This document shows positions 17,601 through 27,598 of a stretch of DNA of 64,000 bases, piece by piece. Origin of the DNA: an uncultured Eubacteriales bacterium (GTDB lineage: Bacteria; Bacillota; Clostridia; Oscillospirales; CAG-272). Below the pieces are notes generated by a model. The model did no database searches, was not told where the DNA came from, and saw nothing but the letters and a program-made list of their open reading frames with translations. The DNA is taken from contig URDS01000001.1 in the NCBI GenBank assembly GCA_900546635.1, forward strand, positions 13,306-77,305. Direction: 5' to 3'. Each line of letters starts with the position of its first letter. Position 1 is the stretch's first letter. The position numbers and the translations under genes are program-made.

Positions 17601-18371
17601 ATTGGAATACTGTCTTTCCAGCGATCCGCCGTATACTTTCGAGACGGTGCCGCCGGAAATATCAATATAGTGTGTTCCGGTAAAGGTCATGTTCTTCGCG
17701 CCGGAGGCGACCTGTCTTGAACCGCCGGCGACGGCATAAAATGTTCCGCTCTGAATTGTAATGTGGGAATTTCTGGACACATCTACATCGTTGGCCGGAC
17801 TCTGATAGCCGCCGATAACATAAATTCCGTTTCCGGCGCTTGTATTTTCGGTTATGACGTTTTGGCCGAAAGTAATGTAGTTATAATTTGCCACAAAGTT
17901 GAGCGTGCCTGAAAAATTGATCTGAATATTCTCAAATGTCGTGTCGCCGCCGAGCTGGTAGCGAAGCGCATTGCCGAATGCCAGCATAGCTCCGTCTTTT
18001 CCATAGTCGGTGTCGCCGTCGTTTGTGGTGATTGTGATCGGCGCGGTATGTATCGGTTCGGTAAGTTCGGAGGAAATCGCATAGGCGTCCATAATCACGA
18101 TTTGTCCGCCGATTTCTTTTAATTTCTGAATCGCGCACGGGAGGGTTTTCAGGGGCGTGTCCGGACTGTTCCCCTCGGCTTCATCACTGCCGATGCCGGA
18201 ATGCACATAGATAACTTCCGTGTGAACAGGCGGTTCGGTTTGTTCCGTTTGCGTCGGTTCGGTCCCCTGGGTAGAATCTGTATCGGAGGAGGGAACGGGC
18301 GTTTTTTCACCGCAGGCGGTGAAAAAACATACCAATATTAACGCAAACAGTACTGTTAAAAATTTTTTCAT
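14601..18371 (-). CDS. giant lipoprotein C: lipobox, Thr/Pro/Glu linker, 3 beta-helix-like modules, C-terminal GH43 domain
   Basis: 1256 aa. MKKFLTVLFALILVCFFTAC-GEKTPVPSSDTDSTQGTEPTQTEQTEPP is a lipoprotein signal plus linker. GH43 motifs as in A and B. Confidence 0.85.
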   Translation of the reverse strand: MKKFLTVLFALILVCFFTACGEKTPVPSSDTDSTQGTEPTQTEQTEPPVHTEVIYVHSGIGSDEAEGNSPDTPLKTLPCAIQKLKEIGGQIVIMDAYAISSELTEPIHTAPITITTNDGDTDYGKDGAMLAFGNALRYQLGGDTTFENIQINFSGTLNFVANYNYITFGQNVITENTSAGNGIYVIGGYQSPANDVDVSRNSHITIQSGTFYAVAGGSRQVASGAKNMTFTGTHYIDISGGTVSKVYGGSLERQYSNNANITVSGGTVKQLFTGGDATRRLNGNATVTLSGGAVDQLNINNVVGAANVHLTGTTVKNVSISYANAEITELAKKSGAIKTLYYNALFYEPTFIESIGSKFDATTNSTKIYAKEGAAGTGATETDPASFADAFAKAAKMGGEIAIIDTLEIKNFTEPAHSDKILIKGAAKESSLLIDGVYTLGGETAFEKITLNADKSTLNAEGGSLTIKESVTMSGKADVIGSAVLQSGTFGIVNGGNSDAVIVINGANADTVIGGTASADIEITDGTVGTLKTTEDAIRRFRLNISGGSVQKLEFNNVSEHLEIILYGGKIASYAVNGSNVQGTAKLNEAFYKLADLGAAASLFTVNNEQVVYLMNGGTGNGTAPTMPFGNLKDAYAALPSGGVIVICGPYTLGNVLNNLQNTSKITITSVYGDTDYAKTNNANFQFSADFYCGGETEFRDITLICAKRYCSLYANGNKLTLGDNIISEQHSSVTTYLSVMGGGTPGLSSTDLTINSGKWQRVRGGNASDAANMTVNLTVNGGEFVEPVTLGSGAAHSGDIHAEINGGIFYQGIFASTLEATNLSVNSNVTLTINGGTVYGTIAPARKKLGTYTGSYTVSINGGEFSHLTDLTGTEGMSGTMTSSLHVGVGIDINAKETGTMSFTNPIRSNGADPWLFYHDGNYYYIATAGSQLTLYKAANIGDLPYAAGQMIYKPEAGKPWSKNLWSPEIHYFGPEDFGEEYAGWYCFIACDDGDNTNHRMYVIKCLTDDLMGAWGHPLTGEENVPIKVESPDVPELTSETWAAGQTAIRIDGQLYTMWVGETGRGTSDFHQTINIAKLSNPWTITKSYGVICVPEYTWEKGGSQDGVHPQVVEGGTAVYGSDGSVYIVYSGSGYWTTEYKLGQLKYLGGDPLDIKNWEKLPTPILSKSNELNGCGHASYVTDTDGQGWICYHAYLGTDTSSGRYAFVEPYTADENGVVIGNGTKRPESPSKVYTVNVNPRPLAEKISNFGSIEK

Positions 18372-18411
18372 TGTTTACCTCGCTTTGTTTGAATCCTTTT
18401 TTCTTACTTAA

Positions 18412-18440
18412 ATTATACCATATTGCTGAAAATAGGACAA
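18412..18440 (-). promoter_or_regulatory. promoter for GH43 gene C
   Basis: Minus strand reads TTGTCC-N17-TATAAT with a TG extension (tggTATAAT), about 40 nt upstream of the start codon. Confidence 0.55.
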
Positions 18441-18530
18441 TGCAAAATTTTAACTCTTTCAAAAAAAAAGTTGTTGTTTACTGTCATAAATAAAAAAGAA
18501 ATATTTCCCGAAGATTCGCCCGGAAAAACC

Positions 18531-18559
18531 TTGTAATTGTGCGGTAAATATGGTAGAAT
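18531..18559 (+). promoter_or_regulatory. promoter for preQ1 riboswitch-queT
   Basis: TTGTAA-N17-TAGAAT with a TG extension. Confidence 0.55.
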
Positions 18560-18565
18560 GCTTTT

Positions 18566-18607
18566 CGTGAGTTCGAAATCCTCCTCACATAAAACAAAAC
18601 TAGGAGA
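18566..18607 (+). promoter_or_regulatory. preQ1-I riboswitch
   Basis: GUGAG-UUCGAAAUCCUC-CUCAC-AUAAAACAAAACUAGGAG. This is a 5-bp P1, a 12-nt loop starting UUC, an A-rich tail and a 3' CUAGGAG. Same layout as the B. subtilis queC element. The loop UCCU can pair with the SD AGGA. The downstream gene is queT. Confidence 0.8.
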
Positions 18608-18614
18608 TAGGAAA

Positions 18615-19097
18615 ATGAAACAAAAAAGCAAATTTCTCTGTCAGGGGGCGGTGATCGCCGCGCTCTATGTCGTACTTACCTGGCTTGCCGCGCTGCTGGG
18701 GCTTTCAAGCGGCGCGATACAGGTGCGCTTTTCAGAGGCGCTGTGCATATTGCCCTATTTTACCCCTGCCGCAATTCCGGGCTTGTTTATCGGCTGTATT
18801 CTGGCCAATCTTTTGACCGGCGCGGTGATTTGGGATGTCATTTTCGGCAGCTTGGCCACGCTGATCGGCGCATTTTTTGCATACGGTTTGCGGCGGTGCA
18901 AATGGCTGGTTCCGCTGCCGACTGTGCTTGCAAATATGCTGATTGTCCCTTTTGTGCTTCAGCTTGCCTACGGCGTGCCCGACGCATGGTGGTATCTTGT
19001 GGCCACGGTCGGCGCGGGCGAGGTGATTTTCGTATACGGCCTTGGTATGCTTCTGCTGTTTGCGCTCGATAAGCGCGGCAAACGGATGTTTGGGTAA
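18615..19097 (+). CDS. queT: queuosine precursor transporter QueT (ECF S-component-like)
   Basis: 160 aa multi-TM protein directly downstream of the preQ1 riboswitch. ATG at 18615 after the AGGAG RBS. Confidence 0.8.
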   Translation: MKQKSKFLCQGAVIAALYVVLTWLAALLGLSSGAIQVRFSEALCILPYFTPAAIPGLFIGCILANLLTGAVIWDVIFGSLATLIGAFFAYGLRRCKWLVPLPTVLANMLIVPFVLQLAYGVPDAWWYLVATVGAGEVIFVYGLGMLLLFALDKRGKRMFG

Positions 19098-19170
19098 AAT
19101 AAAACTGAAATTATATAGCAAGCGGCTGAAATGCGAAAAAGACGCATGCAGCCGCTTGTTTATGTTTTAT

Positions 19171-19211
19171 AAAAATCAAAACCACTGGTTTACCAGTGGT
19201 TTTGATTTTTT
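19171..19211. terminator. bidirectional terminator
   Basis: AAAAATCAAAACCACTGG-TTTA-CCAGTGGTTTTGATTTTTT between convergent queT and fhs. Confidence 0.85.
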
Positions 19212-19243
19212 GCAATTCCTATCTTTAATCGACAGATTTTTCG

Positions 19244-20917
19244 TCAAAACAGACCGCAGATCTTTCCGTTTTCATCTACATCGATCTTCTCCGCGGCGGG
19301 TACGCGCGGAAGTCCGGGCATGGTCATAATGTCGCCGGTCAGAACAACGATAAAGCCCGCGCCCGCGGAAATTTTTACATTTTTCACGCTGACCGTGAAG
19401 TTTTCCGGCGCGCCGAGCAGTTTGGGATCATCCGAGAAACTGTACTGCGTTTTGGCGATACAAACGGGCAGATTGCCATATCCGAGTTCCGTGAGCATAT
19501 CGATTTGCTTTTTTGCGGCGGGCGCGACAGAGATCCCCGCACCGCCGTATACGCGTTTGACAACCGCTTCAATCTTTTCCTCGATGGAGCAATCCAGCGG
19601 ATACGAGAAAGAAAAGTCGTTTGGCGTTTCGCAAAGGCGAACCACTTCGCTTGCAAGGTCGGCGCCGCCTTCGCCGCCTTTTGCCCACACGTCGGAGAGA
19701 ATCGCATTGACACCGAGGGCACGGCACTGTTCCAAAACCAGCGCGGTTTCCGCATCGGTATCGGTGGGGAAGCGGTTGAGCGCGACCACAAGCGGCAGCT
19801 TATAGACGTTTTGAATATTGGAAACATGGCGGAGCAGATTGGGCATACCGCGCCTGAGCGCTTCGAGATCTTCGCTGCCGAGTTCGCTTTTCGGCATTCC
19901 GCCGTGCATTTTAAGCGCGCGAATGGTCGCAACAATGACGACTGCGGACGGGACAAGGCCCGCGAGACGGCATTTGATGTCCAAAAATTTCTCCGCGCCG
20001 AGATCCGCGCCGAATCCCGCCTCGGTGACGGTGTAATCGCCGAGCTTCATCGCCATGCGCGTTGCTATGATAGAGTTGCAGCCGTGCGCAATGTTGGCAA
20101 AGGGACCGCCGTGTACGAATGCGGGCGTCCCCTCAAGCGTCTGCACAAGGTTCGGTTTGAGCGCGTCCCGAAGGAGCGCGGTCATGGCGCCCTCTGCGTG
20201 CAGGTCGCCGCAGCGTATCGGTTTGTCATCGGCCGTGTAGCCGATGATGATTTGCGCAAGCTTTTGCTTTAGATCGGAAATGGAGGCGGAAAGGCAGAGC
20301 ACCGCCATAATTTCAGAAGCGACGGTAATGTCAAATCCGTCTTCGCGCGGCACGCCGTTGACGCGGCCGCCGAGACCGTCCACAATGCTCCGAAGCTGCC
20401 GGTCGTTCATATCCACGCAGCGTTTCCATGTGATTTTGCGCGTGTCAATGCCGAGCGCGTTTCCCTGATGGATATGGTTGTCCACCATGGCGGCAAGCAG
20501 ATTGTTTGCCGCGCCGATTGCGTGAAAGTCGCCGGTGAAGTGCAGGTTGATGTCTTCCATCGGCACAACCTGCGCATATCCGCCGCCCGCCGCGCCGCCT
20601 TTGATACCGAATACAGGGCCGAGCGAGGGTTCGCGGAGCGCGACGGTCACGCGCTTGCCGATTTTTTTCAGTCCGTCCGCAAGACCGATGGTCGTCGTCG
20701 TTTTGCCCTCGCCCGCAGGCGTAGGCGTAATCGCGGTGACGAGAATCAGCTTTCCGTCTTCGCGGTCGGTTTCACTTAGCAGGGAAAGATCGATTTTCGC
20801 TTTATACCGACCGTACTGTTCTACATATTTTTCCGCAATACCCGCTTCGGCGGTGATTTCGGAAATCGGTTTCATCCGGCAGTTCTGCGCGATTTCAATA
20901 TCCGAAAGATACTTCAT
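19244..20917 (-). CDS. fhs: formate--tetrahydrofolate ligase
   Basis: [15 protein letters not shown] motif with full-length similarity. Start taken at [11 protein letters not shown] (ATG 20917) behind AAAGGAG. The listed ORF starts 6 codons earlier. Confidence 0.95.
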   Translation of the reverse strand: MKYLSDIEIAQNCRMKPISEITAEAGIAEKYVEQYGRYKAKIDLSLLSETDREDGKLILVTAITPTPAGEGKTTTTIGLADGLKKIGKRVTVALREPSLGPVFGIKGGAAGGGYAQVVPMEDINLHFTGDFHAIGAANNLLAAMVDNHIHQGNALGIDTRKITWKRCVDMNDRQLRSIVDGLGGRVNGVPREDGFDITVASEIMAVLCLSASISDLKQKLAQIIIGYTADDKPIRCGDLHAEGAMTALLRDALKPNLVQTLEGTPAFVHGGPFANIAHGCNSIIATRMAMKLGDYTVTEAGFGADLGAEKFLDIKCRLAGLVPSAVVIVATIRALKMHGGMPKSELGSEDLEALRRGMPNLLRHVSNIQNVYKLPLVVALNRFPTDTDAETALVLEQCRALGVNAILSDVWAKGGEGGADLASEVVRLCETPNDFSFSYPLDCSIEEKIEAVVKRVYGGAGISVAPAAKKQIDMLTELGYGNLPVCIAKTQYSFSDDPKLLGAPENFTVSVKNVKISAGAGFIVVLTGDIMTMPGLPRVPAAEKIDVDENGKICGLF

Positions 20918-20941
20918 GGTACGCTCCTTTTTCAAAGACGA

Positions 20942-23900
20942 TTATGAGTTAAAGTACTTTACAGCCGATTTGAACATTTTGATATCGTAGTCGCCGTATA
21001 CATTTTTATAAAGATCTTTTCCGATGCGTTCCGCATGTCCCATTTTCCCGAAAACGCGGCCGTCCGGCGAGGTAATGCCCTCAATGGCCGCTATGGAGCC
21101 GTTGGGATTATAGCGGATGTCCATGGTCGCGTGCCCGTCCAAATCGGCATACTGCGTTGCGATCTGTCCGTTCTTTGCGAGGTTTGCAATGACATCGTCA
21201 CTTGCGAAGAAACGTCCCTCGCCGTGAGAGATCGGAACAAGATATACATCGCCGACCTGCGTTTCGCTGAGCCAGGGCGACAGGTTGGAGGCAATCCGCG
21301 TCCGCACGATGCGCGACTGGTGACGCCCGATGGTATTGTAAGTCAGCGTCGGGCAGTTCTCATCGGTATCTACGATTTTTCCGAACGGAACGAGCCCCAG
21401 CTTAATCAGCGCCTGGAACCCGTTGCAGATACCGCAGACGAGACCGTCGCGCCGTTCAAGCAAATCTTCGACGGAAGCCTTCACCGCGCTGCTGCGGAAG
21501 AACGCCGTGATGAATTTGCCCGAACCGTCGGGCTCATCGCCGCCGGAGAATCCGCCGGGAATGAAAATAATTTGCGAATCCGCGACCTTTTGTGCAAAGG
21601 CTTCGACGCTGCGGGAAATGCCGTCTGCCGTGAGGTTGTTGACGACAAAGATTTCCGCGTCGGCGCCCGCTTCCCGAACGGCGCGCGCCGAGTCAAATTC
21701 GCAGTTCGTTCCGGGAAATACCGGAATGATGACACGCGGCTTTGCAATTTTCAGCGCGGGCGCACGGTGAATCTTGGCCGCTTCAAATGTGAAGTTCGGG
21801 GCCGGTTCCGGTTTTGCCGAAAGCCCGCAGGGGAATACGCTTTCCAGCTTGCTTTCATAGGTGCCGAGCAGCTTTTCAAGCGAAAGCTCGGTGCCGCCGT
21901 ATACGATTGCTTTGCTTTGCGTCGTGGTGCCGAGCAGCGTTCCGATCTCATCACGATCGGTAAGCTCCAGTACAAATGCGCCGTAGCGGTAGCCGAAGAG
22001 CAGTTCAAGCGAAAGCGTATCTTCAAACTTGAAGCCCAACATATTGCCAAGGCACATTTTCAAAATCGCTTCGGCAACGCCGCCGTATTCGGGTGTCCAC
22101 GCCGCGGCGACCTTGCCGGCGCGCATCAGCGCCGTGACCTTGTCAAAGAGTTCTGTCAGGGATTTTGCTTTGGGCAGACCGTCGCTGCCGTATTCGGGTG
22201 TAAGCAGGACAACGCGGTGTCCCTCCGCTTTAAATTCGGGCGAAAGAATATGTCCTGTTTTGGAGGTGGTTACCGCAAACGAAACCAGGGTAGGGGGAAC
22301 ATCGAGGCTTTCAAAGGAACCGCTCATGGAATCCTTGCCGCCGATAGCGCCGATGCCGAGTTCCATCTGTGCGCGGAACGCGCCGAGCAGGGCGGCTGCG
22401 GGACGTCCCCAGCGTTTCGGATCGCGGCCGAGCCGTTCAAAATATTCCTGGAAGGTGAGATATACGTCCCGGAACACAGCGCCGGAGGCAATCAGTTTTG
22501 CAACCGATTCCGCAACGGCGAGATAAGCGCCGTGATAGGGACTTTTTTCGGTAATAAACGGGTTGTAACCGTAGGCCATCAGCGAGCAGTCGTCGGTATT
22601 TCCGCGCTCCAGCGAGATTTTTTGCACCATGGCCTGAATCGGCGTTTGCTGATACTTGCCGCCGAACGGCATCAGCACCGTACCGGCGCCGATGGTAGAG
22701 TCAAAGCGCTCGGAAAGTCCGCGCTTCGAGCAGATATTGAGGTCCTCTGCCATTTCGCAAAGTCCGGTGCGGAAATCTTCGGGAATGGCTTTATCAAAGG
22801 CTTCGGGCGCGGTGACAACCGCATCCATATGTTTTTCCGCACCGTTGGAATTTAGAAAATCGCGCGAAATATCCACGATTGTTTTCCCGTTCCAGTGCAT
22901 GGTCAGACGAGGCTCCGCCTTGACGGCGGCGATGACGGTCGCCTCCAGGTTTTCGAAAACCGCGATTTCAAAAAAGCGCTCGCGGCTTTCGGGGGCGATC
23001 ACGACGGCCATTCGCTCCTGCGATTCGCTGATCGCAAGCTCGGTGCCGTCCAGTCCCTCATATTTTTTCGTGACTTTGTTCAGATCGATTTCCAGGCCGT
23101 CGGCCAGTTCTCCGACGGCAACCGAAACGCCGCCCGCGCCGAAATCGTTGCAACGCTTGATCATCCGGCAGGCTTCGCCGTTTCGGAACAGACGCTGCAG
23201 TTTGCGCTCTTCGGGCGCGTTGCCTTTTTGTACTTCGGCGCCGCAGCTTTCAAGCGAGTGCAGATCGTGCGATTTGGACGAGCCGGTTGCGCCGCCGCAG
23301 CCGTCGCGGCCGGTTCTGCCGCCGAGCAGAACGACAAGATCGCCCGGAGCGGGGCATTCCCGGCGGACGTTTTTGGCCGGCGCCGCGGCAACGACCGCAC
23401 CGATTTCCATGCGCTTTGCGGCGTAGCCGTCGTGATAGATTTCATCGACGATGCCGGTCGCAAGTCCGATCTGGTTTCCGTAGGAGGAATAGCCGGCCGC
23501 CGCCGTCGTGACGATTTTACGCTGCGGCAGCTTGCCGGGGAGCGTTTCCTCTACCGGACGAAGCGGATTGGCCGCGCCGGTGACGCGCATTGCGCCGTAC
23601 ACGTAGGCGCGCCCGGACAGCGGGTCGCGGATTGCGCCGCCGATGCAGGTCGCAGCGCCGCCGAACGGTTCAATCTCGGTCGGATGATTGTGCGTTTCAT
23701 TCTTAAAAAGGAGAAGCCACGGTTCTTCTTTCCCGTCTACCGTGACGGTCATTTTTACCGTGCAGGCGTTGATCTCCTCAGATTCGTCGAGCTTGTTCAG
23801 CATACCGGTTGCGCGCAGATGGCGAACCGCAAGGGTCGCGATGTCCATCAGGCAGACCGGTTTTTTGCGTCCGAGTTCTTCGCGCACGTGAAGATACTGT

Positions 23901-24637
23901 TTATAGGTATCCTCCAGAAGCTTGTCCTCAAAGGTTACATGATCGAGCGTCGTCAAAAAGGTTGTATGACGGCAGTGATCCGACCAATAGGTGTCGATCA
24001 TGCGAAGTTCCGTGATGGTGGGATCGCGGCGCTCGTTTTTGAAATAATCTCGGCAGAATGCGAGGTCGTTTTCGTCCATCGCCAGCCCGTATTTTCGGAT
24101 GAAGGGCGAAAGCGCTTTTTCGTCCATATCGCAAAAGCCGTCGAGCGTTTCGACGCCGGTCGGAATTTCCCAATCGGCGCGGAGCGTTTCAAAGGGGGCA
24201 AAAGAGGCTTCGCGCGCTTCCACCGGGTTAATGACGTATTTTTTGATGCGCGCGATTTCCGCTTCGGACAGAGCGCCGTATAGGAGATAGAGCTTTGCCG
24301 TGCGCACAAGCGGACGCTCGCCGCATGAGATGATCTGAATGCACTGCGCCGCGCTGTCCGCGCGTTGATCAAACTGTCCGGGCAGATATTCTACCGCGAA
24401 AGCGGTCGCGCCCAAGAGATCGGGGGCGTCGCTGACAAGATCAAGCTGCGGCTCCGAAAAAACGGTGCGTTTTGCATATTCAAACAGCGCTTCGTCTATA
24501 TTTTCCACGTCGTAGCGGTTCAAGATGCGTACATCTTCGAGCGCTGAGATGCCGAGCAAGGTGCGCGCATCAGCGCACAGCGCGGCGGCCTCGTTGGCGA
24601 GTTCTTTCTTTTTTTCTACAAATACTCTGTAAACCAT
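20942..24637 (-). CDS. purL: phosphoribosylformylglycinamidine synthase, single-chain large type
   Basis: 1231 aa with a C-terminal glutamine amidotransferase (GICNGFQ). ATG overlaps the purD stop (ATGA). Confidence 0.95.
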   Translation of the reverse strand: MVYRVFVEKKKELANEAAALCADARTLLGISALEDVRILNRYDVENIDEALFEYAKRTVFSEPQLDLVSDAPDLLGATAFAVEYLPGQFDQRADSAAQCIQIISCGERPLVRTAKLYLLYGALSEAEIARIKKYVINPVEAREASFAPFETLRADWEIPTGVETLDGFCDMDEKALSPFIRKYGLAMDENDLAFCRDYFKNERRDPTITELRMIDTYWSDHCRHTTFLTTLDHVTFEDKLLEDTYKQYLHVREELGRKKPVCLMDIATLAVRHLRATGMLNKLDESEEINACTVKMTVTVDGKEEPWLLLFKNETHNHPTEIEPFGGAATCIGGAIRDPLSGRAYVYGAMRVTGAANPLRPVEETLPGKLPQRKIVTTAAAGYSSYGNQIGLATGIVDEIYHDGYAAKRMEIGAVVAAAPAKNVRRECPAPGDLVVLLGGRTGRDGCGGATGSSKSHDLHSLESCGAEVQKGNAPEERKLQRLFRNGEACRMIKRCNDFGAGGVSVAVGELADGLEIDLNKVTKKYEGLDGTELAISESQERMAVVIAPESRERFFEIAVFENLEATVIAAVKAEPRLTMHWNGKTIVDISRDFLNSNGAEKHMDAVVTAPEAFDKAIPEDFRTGLCEMAEDLNICSKRGLSERFDSTIGAGTVLMPFGGKYQQTPIQAMVQKISLERGNTDDCSLMAYGYNPFITEKSPYHGAYLAVAESVAKLIASGAVFRDVYLTFQEYFERLGRDPKRWGRPAAALLGAFRAQMELGIGAIGGKDSMSGSFESLDVPPTLVSFAVTTSKTGHILSPEFKAEGHRVVLLTPEYGSDGLPKAKSLTELFDKVTALMRAGKVAAAWTPEYGGVAEAILKMCLGNMLGFKFEDTLSLELLFGYRYGAFVLELTDRDEIGTLLGTTTQSKAIVYGGTELSLEKLLGTYESKLESVFPCGLSAKPEPAPNFTFEAAKIHRAPALKIAKPRVIIPVFPGTNCEFDSARAVREAGADAEIFVVNNLTADGISRSVEAFAQKVADSQIIFIPGGFSGGDEPDGSGKFITAFFRSSAVKASVEDLLERRDGLVCGICNGFQALIKLGLVPFGKIVDTDENCPTLTYNTIGRHQSRIVRTRIASNLSPWLSETQVGDVYLVPISHGEGRFFASDDVIANLAKNGQIATQYADLDGHATMDIRYNPNGSIAAIEGITSPDGRVFGKMGHAERIGKDLYKNVYGDYDIKMFKSAVKYFNS

Positions 24638-25908
24638 CAGTTCTCCTTCGACGCTGCAAGCGCTTTTGCGCCGATGTCTCGGCGATAGTGCGCGTCTTTG
24701 AAATGAATCCGCTCTACTTTTTGATAGGCCGCTTTCAGTGCGTCTTTCAGCGTTTCGCCGGTCGCACAGACGCCGAGTACGCGCCCGCCGGCTGTTTTCA
24801 GCCTACCGTCCTCAAGTTTCGCTCCCGCGACATACACCGAATCCAAGAGTTCTGCCGGGATGTCGATCGGGTAGCCGCTCGGATAGCTTTTCGGGTATCC
24901 TCCGGAGGCCATAACGACGCAGGCGGCGCATCCGTCGGAAAACTTGACCATTTCGGATGAGAGCGTGCCGTTTGTCGTTGCCTGCATGATTTCAAGCAGA
25001 TCGCTTTTCAAAAGCGGGAGTACGACCTGCGTTTCCGGATCGCCGAAGCGACAGTTGTATTCGATCACTTTCGGACCGTCGGCGGTCAGCATGAGGCCGA
25101 AATAAAGGCATCCGCGAAAAGTGCGCCCCTCCGCACGCATGGCGTTGATTGTCGGCTTGAAGATGGTTTCCATGCAGTGCGCGGCAATTTCTTTTGTGTA
25201 AAAAGGATTGGGCGCGATTGTGCCCATACCGCCGGTGTTCAGGCCAAGGTCTCCGTCAAGCGCGCGCTTGTGATCCATGGAGGAGACCATCGGAACGACG
25301 GTTTTTCCGTCGGTGAAAGCGAGTACGGATACCTCGGGGCCGCTTAGAAATTCCTCAATAACGACGCGGCTGCCGCTCTCTCCGAAAACTTTGTCCTCCA
25401 TCATGGAGCGGACTGCCGCCACGGCTTCTTCTTTTGTTTCGGCAATGACAACGCCTTTTCCGAGCGCAAGCCCGTCGGCCTTGATTACCGTCGGCAGGGG
25501 CGCGGTTTCCAGGTAGGCGAGCGCCGTCTCCATTTTGTCAAAGACCGCATAAGCCGCAGTCGGGATACGGTACTTTTTCATCAGGTCTTTTGCAAAAATT
25601 TTGCTTCCCTCAATGGCCGCCGCCGTGCGCGTCGGACCAAAGCAGGGAATGCCCGCCTGTTCCAGCATATCGACAGCGCCGAGCACCAGCGGATCGTCCG
25701 GTGCGACAACCGCATAATCAATGGCGTGTTCGGTTGCAAAACGTACGATCCCGTCAAGGTCCTTTGCCCCGATTGAAACGCATTCGGCATCGGCTGCGAT
25801 ACCGCCGTTTCCGGGCAGCGCGTATAGTTTGGTTATGGTTTGGTTTTCCCTTAGCTTTTTGATAATGGCGTGCTCACGTCCACCCCCGCCTACGACCAGT
25901 ATGTTCAT
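24637..25908 (-). CDS. purD: phosphoribosylamine--glycine ligase
   Basis: 423 aa starting MNILVVGGGGREHAI, with an ATP-grasp fold pattern. Confidence 0.95.
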   Translation of the reverse strand: MNILVVGGGGREHAIIKKLRENQTITKLYALPGNGGIAADAECVSIGAKDLDGIVRFATEHAIDYAVVAPDDPLVLGAVDMLEQAGIPCFGPTRTAAAIEGSKIFAKDLMKKYRIPTAAYAVFDKMETALAYLETAPLPTVIKADGLALGKGVVIAETKEEAVAAVRSMMEDKVFGESGSRVVIEEFLSGPEVSVLAFTDGKTVVPMVSSMDHKRALDGDLGLNTGGMGTIAPNPFYTKEIAAHCMETIFKPTINAMRAEGRTFRGCLYFGLMLTADGPKVIEYNCRFGDPETQVVLPLLKSDLLEIMQATTNGTLSSEMVKFSDGCAACVVMASGGYPKSYPSGYPIDIPAELLDSVYVAGAKLEDGRLKTAGGRVLGVCATGETLKDALKAAYQKVERIHFKDAHYRRDIGAKALAASKEN

Positions 25909-25927
25909 AAGCTCCCTCCGCTGTTTG

Positions 25928-26539
25928 TCAAATTTTCTCTTTCAGAATATCCGCGCAGACCCGCTCGGCCGCACGGGGCAGAATGACCCATTCCGCCTGA
26001 CGCATGACGCGCTGCTGCAGAATTTCGGGCGTATCGCATTTGCGGATGGATACCGCTTTTTGCATAATGATTTTGCCGCCGTCCGGTACTTCGTTTACAA
26101 AATGCACGGTTGCCCCCGTGATTTTTACGCCGTAGGCGAGCGCGGCCTCATGCACTTTGAGGCCGTAATATCCTTTTCCGCAGAAAGACGGGATCAAAGA
26201 CGGATGCACGTTGATGATCCGATCCCGAAATGCGCCGATGAATTTCTCGGACAGAATGCACATAAAACCGGCCAGTATAACAAGGTCGATATTCTGTTCA
26301 TGCAAAAGTCCGATCAGCTTTTCTTCAAAATTCTCTGCGCTGCCGCAGTCTTTTTTGGTGATGACCGCGATTTTGATGCCCGCCGCGCTGGCGCGGGTGA
26401 GCGCGTAAGCGTCCGCCTTATTGGATATGACCAGTTCAATGGCGCCGCTTTTCAGAATGCCGTTTTTTTGAGCGTCGATCAACGCTTGCAGATTGGTACC
26501 GCCGCCCGAGACTAAGACCGCGATTTTTGCTTTCAGCAT
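25928..26539 (-). CDS. purN: phosphoribosylglycinamide formyltransferase
   Basis: 203 aa with [15 protein letters not shown] and the INVHPSLIP motif. Confidence 0.95.
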   Translation of the reverse strand: MLKAKIAVLVSGGGTNLQALIDAQKNGILKSGAIELVISNKADAYALTRASAAGIKIAVITKKDCGSAENFEEKLIGLLHEQNIDLVILAGFMCILSEKFIGAFRDRIINVHPSLIPSFCGKGYYGLKVHEAALAYGVKITGATVHFVNEVPDGGKIIMQKAVSIRKCDTPEILQQRVMRQAEWVILPRAAERVCADILKEKI

Positions 26540-27573
26540 ATCGTGATTTTGTCCTCGCTTCCGATAATTTCGCCGATGATATAGGCATCCTCGCCCTGTG
26601 CGTGCAAAATGGAAAGGGCGAGGTCTGCATCCGCAGCCGGAACGATGACGCTCATGCCGACGCCCATGTTGAAGGTATTGAACATATCGCGTTCCGGGAT
26701 ACCGCCGACATTTGCAATAAGGTCGAAAATAGGCAGTACGCGGACGGCGCTTCTTTGGATTTTTGCGCCGAGTCCGTCCGGAATGCTGCGCGGAATGTTT
26801 TCATAAAAACCGCCGCCCGTGATATGAGAGACGCCGTGTACCTCGACCGCGCGCATCAGTTCCAGAATCGGTTTGACATAGATTTTTGTAGGGGCGAGCA
26901 ATGTTTCGCCGATGGATTTTCCGCCGAGCGCAGCGCTGGGGGTGCGAATATCGCTGTTTTCCACGTCGAAGACCTTTCTGACCAGAGAAAAGCCGTTGGA
27001 ATGTACGCCGCTCGATGGGAGCGCGATGATCGCATCGCCGATCTGCATACGTTTGTTGTCGATGATTTTGGATTTGTCAACCGCGCCGACCGCGAAACCG
27101 GCGAGGTCATATTCGCTTTCAGGATAAAATCCCGGCATTTCAGCCGTTTCGCCGCCGATCAGCGCGGCGCCTGACTGTACGCAGCCCTCCGCAACGCCTT
27201 TGACGATGTCCGCAATGCGTTCGGGCACATTTTTGCCGCAGGCGATGTAGTCCAAAAAGAAGAGAGGCTTTGCGCCGCAGCAGATAACGTCGTTGACGCA
27301 CATGGCCACGCAGTCAATGCCGACAGTGTCATGCTTGTCCATCAAAAAAGCAAGCTTCAGCTTGGTGCCGACGCCGTCCGTGCCGCTGACAAGGACGGGA
27401 CGTTCCATTCCGCGCGTATCGAACTCAAACAGGCCGCCGAATCCGCCGACGTCCGAACAGACGCCGCTTGTCATTGTGCGCGCAACATGCTGTTTCATCA
27501 ATTCTACGGCGCGGTAGCCGGCAGTGATGTCCACGCCTGCGGCGGCGTAGCTTTCGGATTTTGAATTTTTCAT
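26533..27573 (-). CDS. purM: phosphoribosylformylglycinamidine cyclo-ligase
   Basis: YAAAGVDI start region. ATG at 27573 behind AAGGAGG. The listed ORF begins 21 codons upstream without an RBS. Confidence 0.93.
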   Translation of the reverse strand: MKNSKSESYAAAGVDITAGYRAVELMKQHVARTMTSGVCSDVGGFGGLFEFDTRGMERPVLVSGTDGVGTKLKLAFLMDKHDTVGIDCVAMCVNDVICCGAKPLFFLDYIACGKNVPERIADIVKGVAEGCVQSGAALIGGETAEMPGFYPESEYDLAGFAVGAVDKSKIIDNKRMQIGDAIIALPSSGVHSNGFSLVRKVFDVENSDIRTPSAALGGKSIGETLLAPTKIYVKPILELMRAVEVHGVSHITGGGFYENIPRSIPDGLGAKIQRSAVRVLPIFDLIANVGGIPERDMFNTFNMGVGMSVIVPAADADLALSILHAQGEDAYIIGEIIGSEDKITIC

Positions 27574-27598
27574 GTTGTCCTCCTTGTCCTCTGTAAGA

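Noticed and set aside
21035-24283. Very long plus-strand ORFs (606 aa and 462 aa) antisense to purL. Similar ones lie antisense to purF (27572-29029), ligA (33787-35190), rpoB (41797-43095), rpoC (45509-47095, 47342-49114), fusA (50349-51551) and tuf (52515-53501).
   Set aside because: They lie opposite unmistakable conserved genes, lack an RBS, and translate to Arg/Gly/Ala-rich low-complexity sequence. Stop-poor antisense frames are the expected by-product of GC-rich codon bias.
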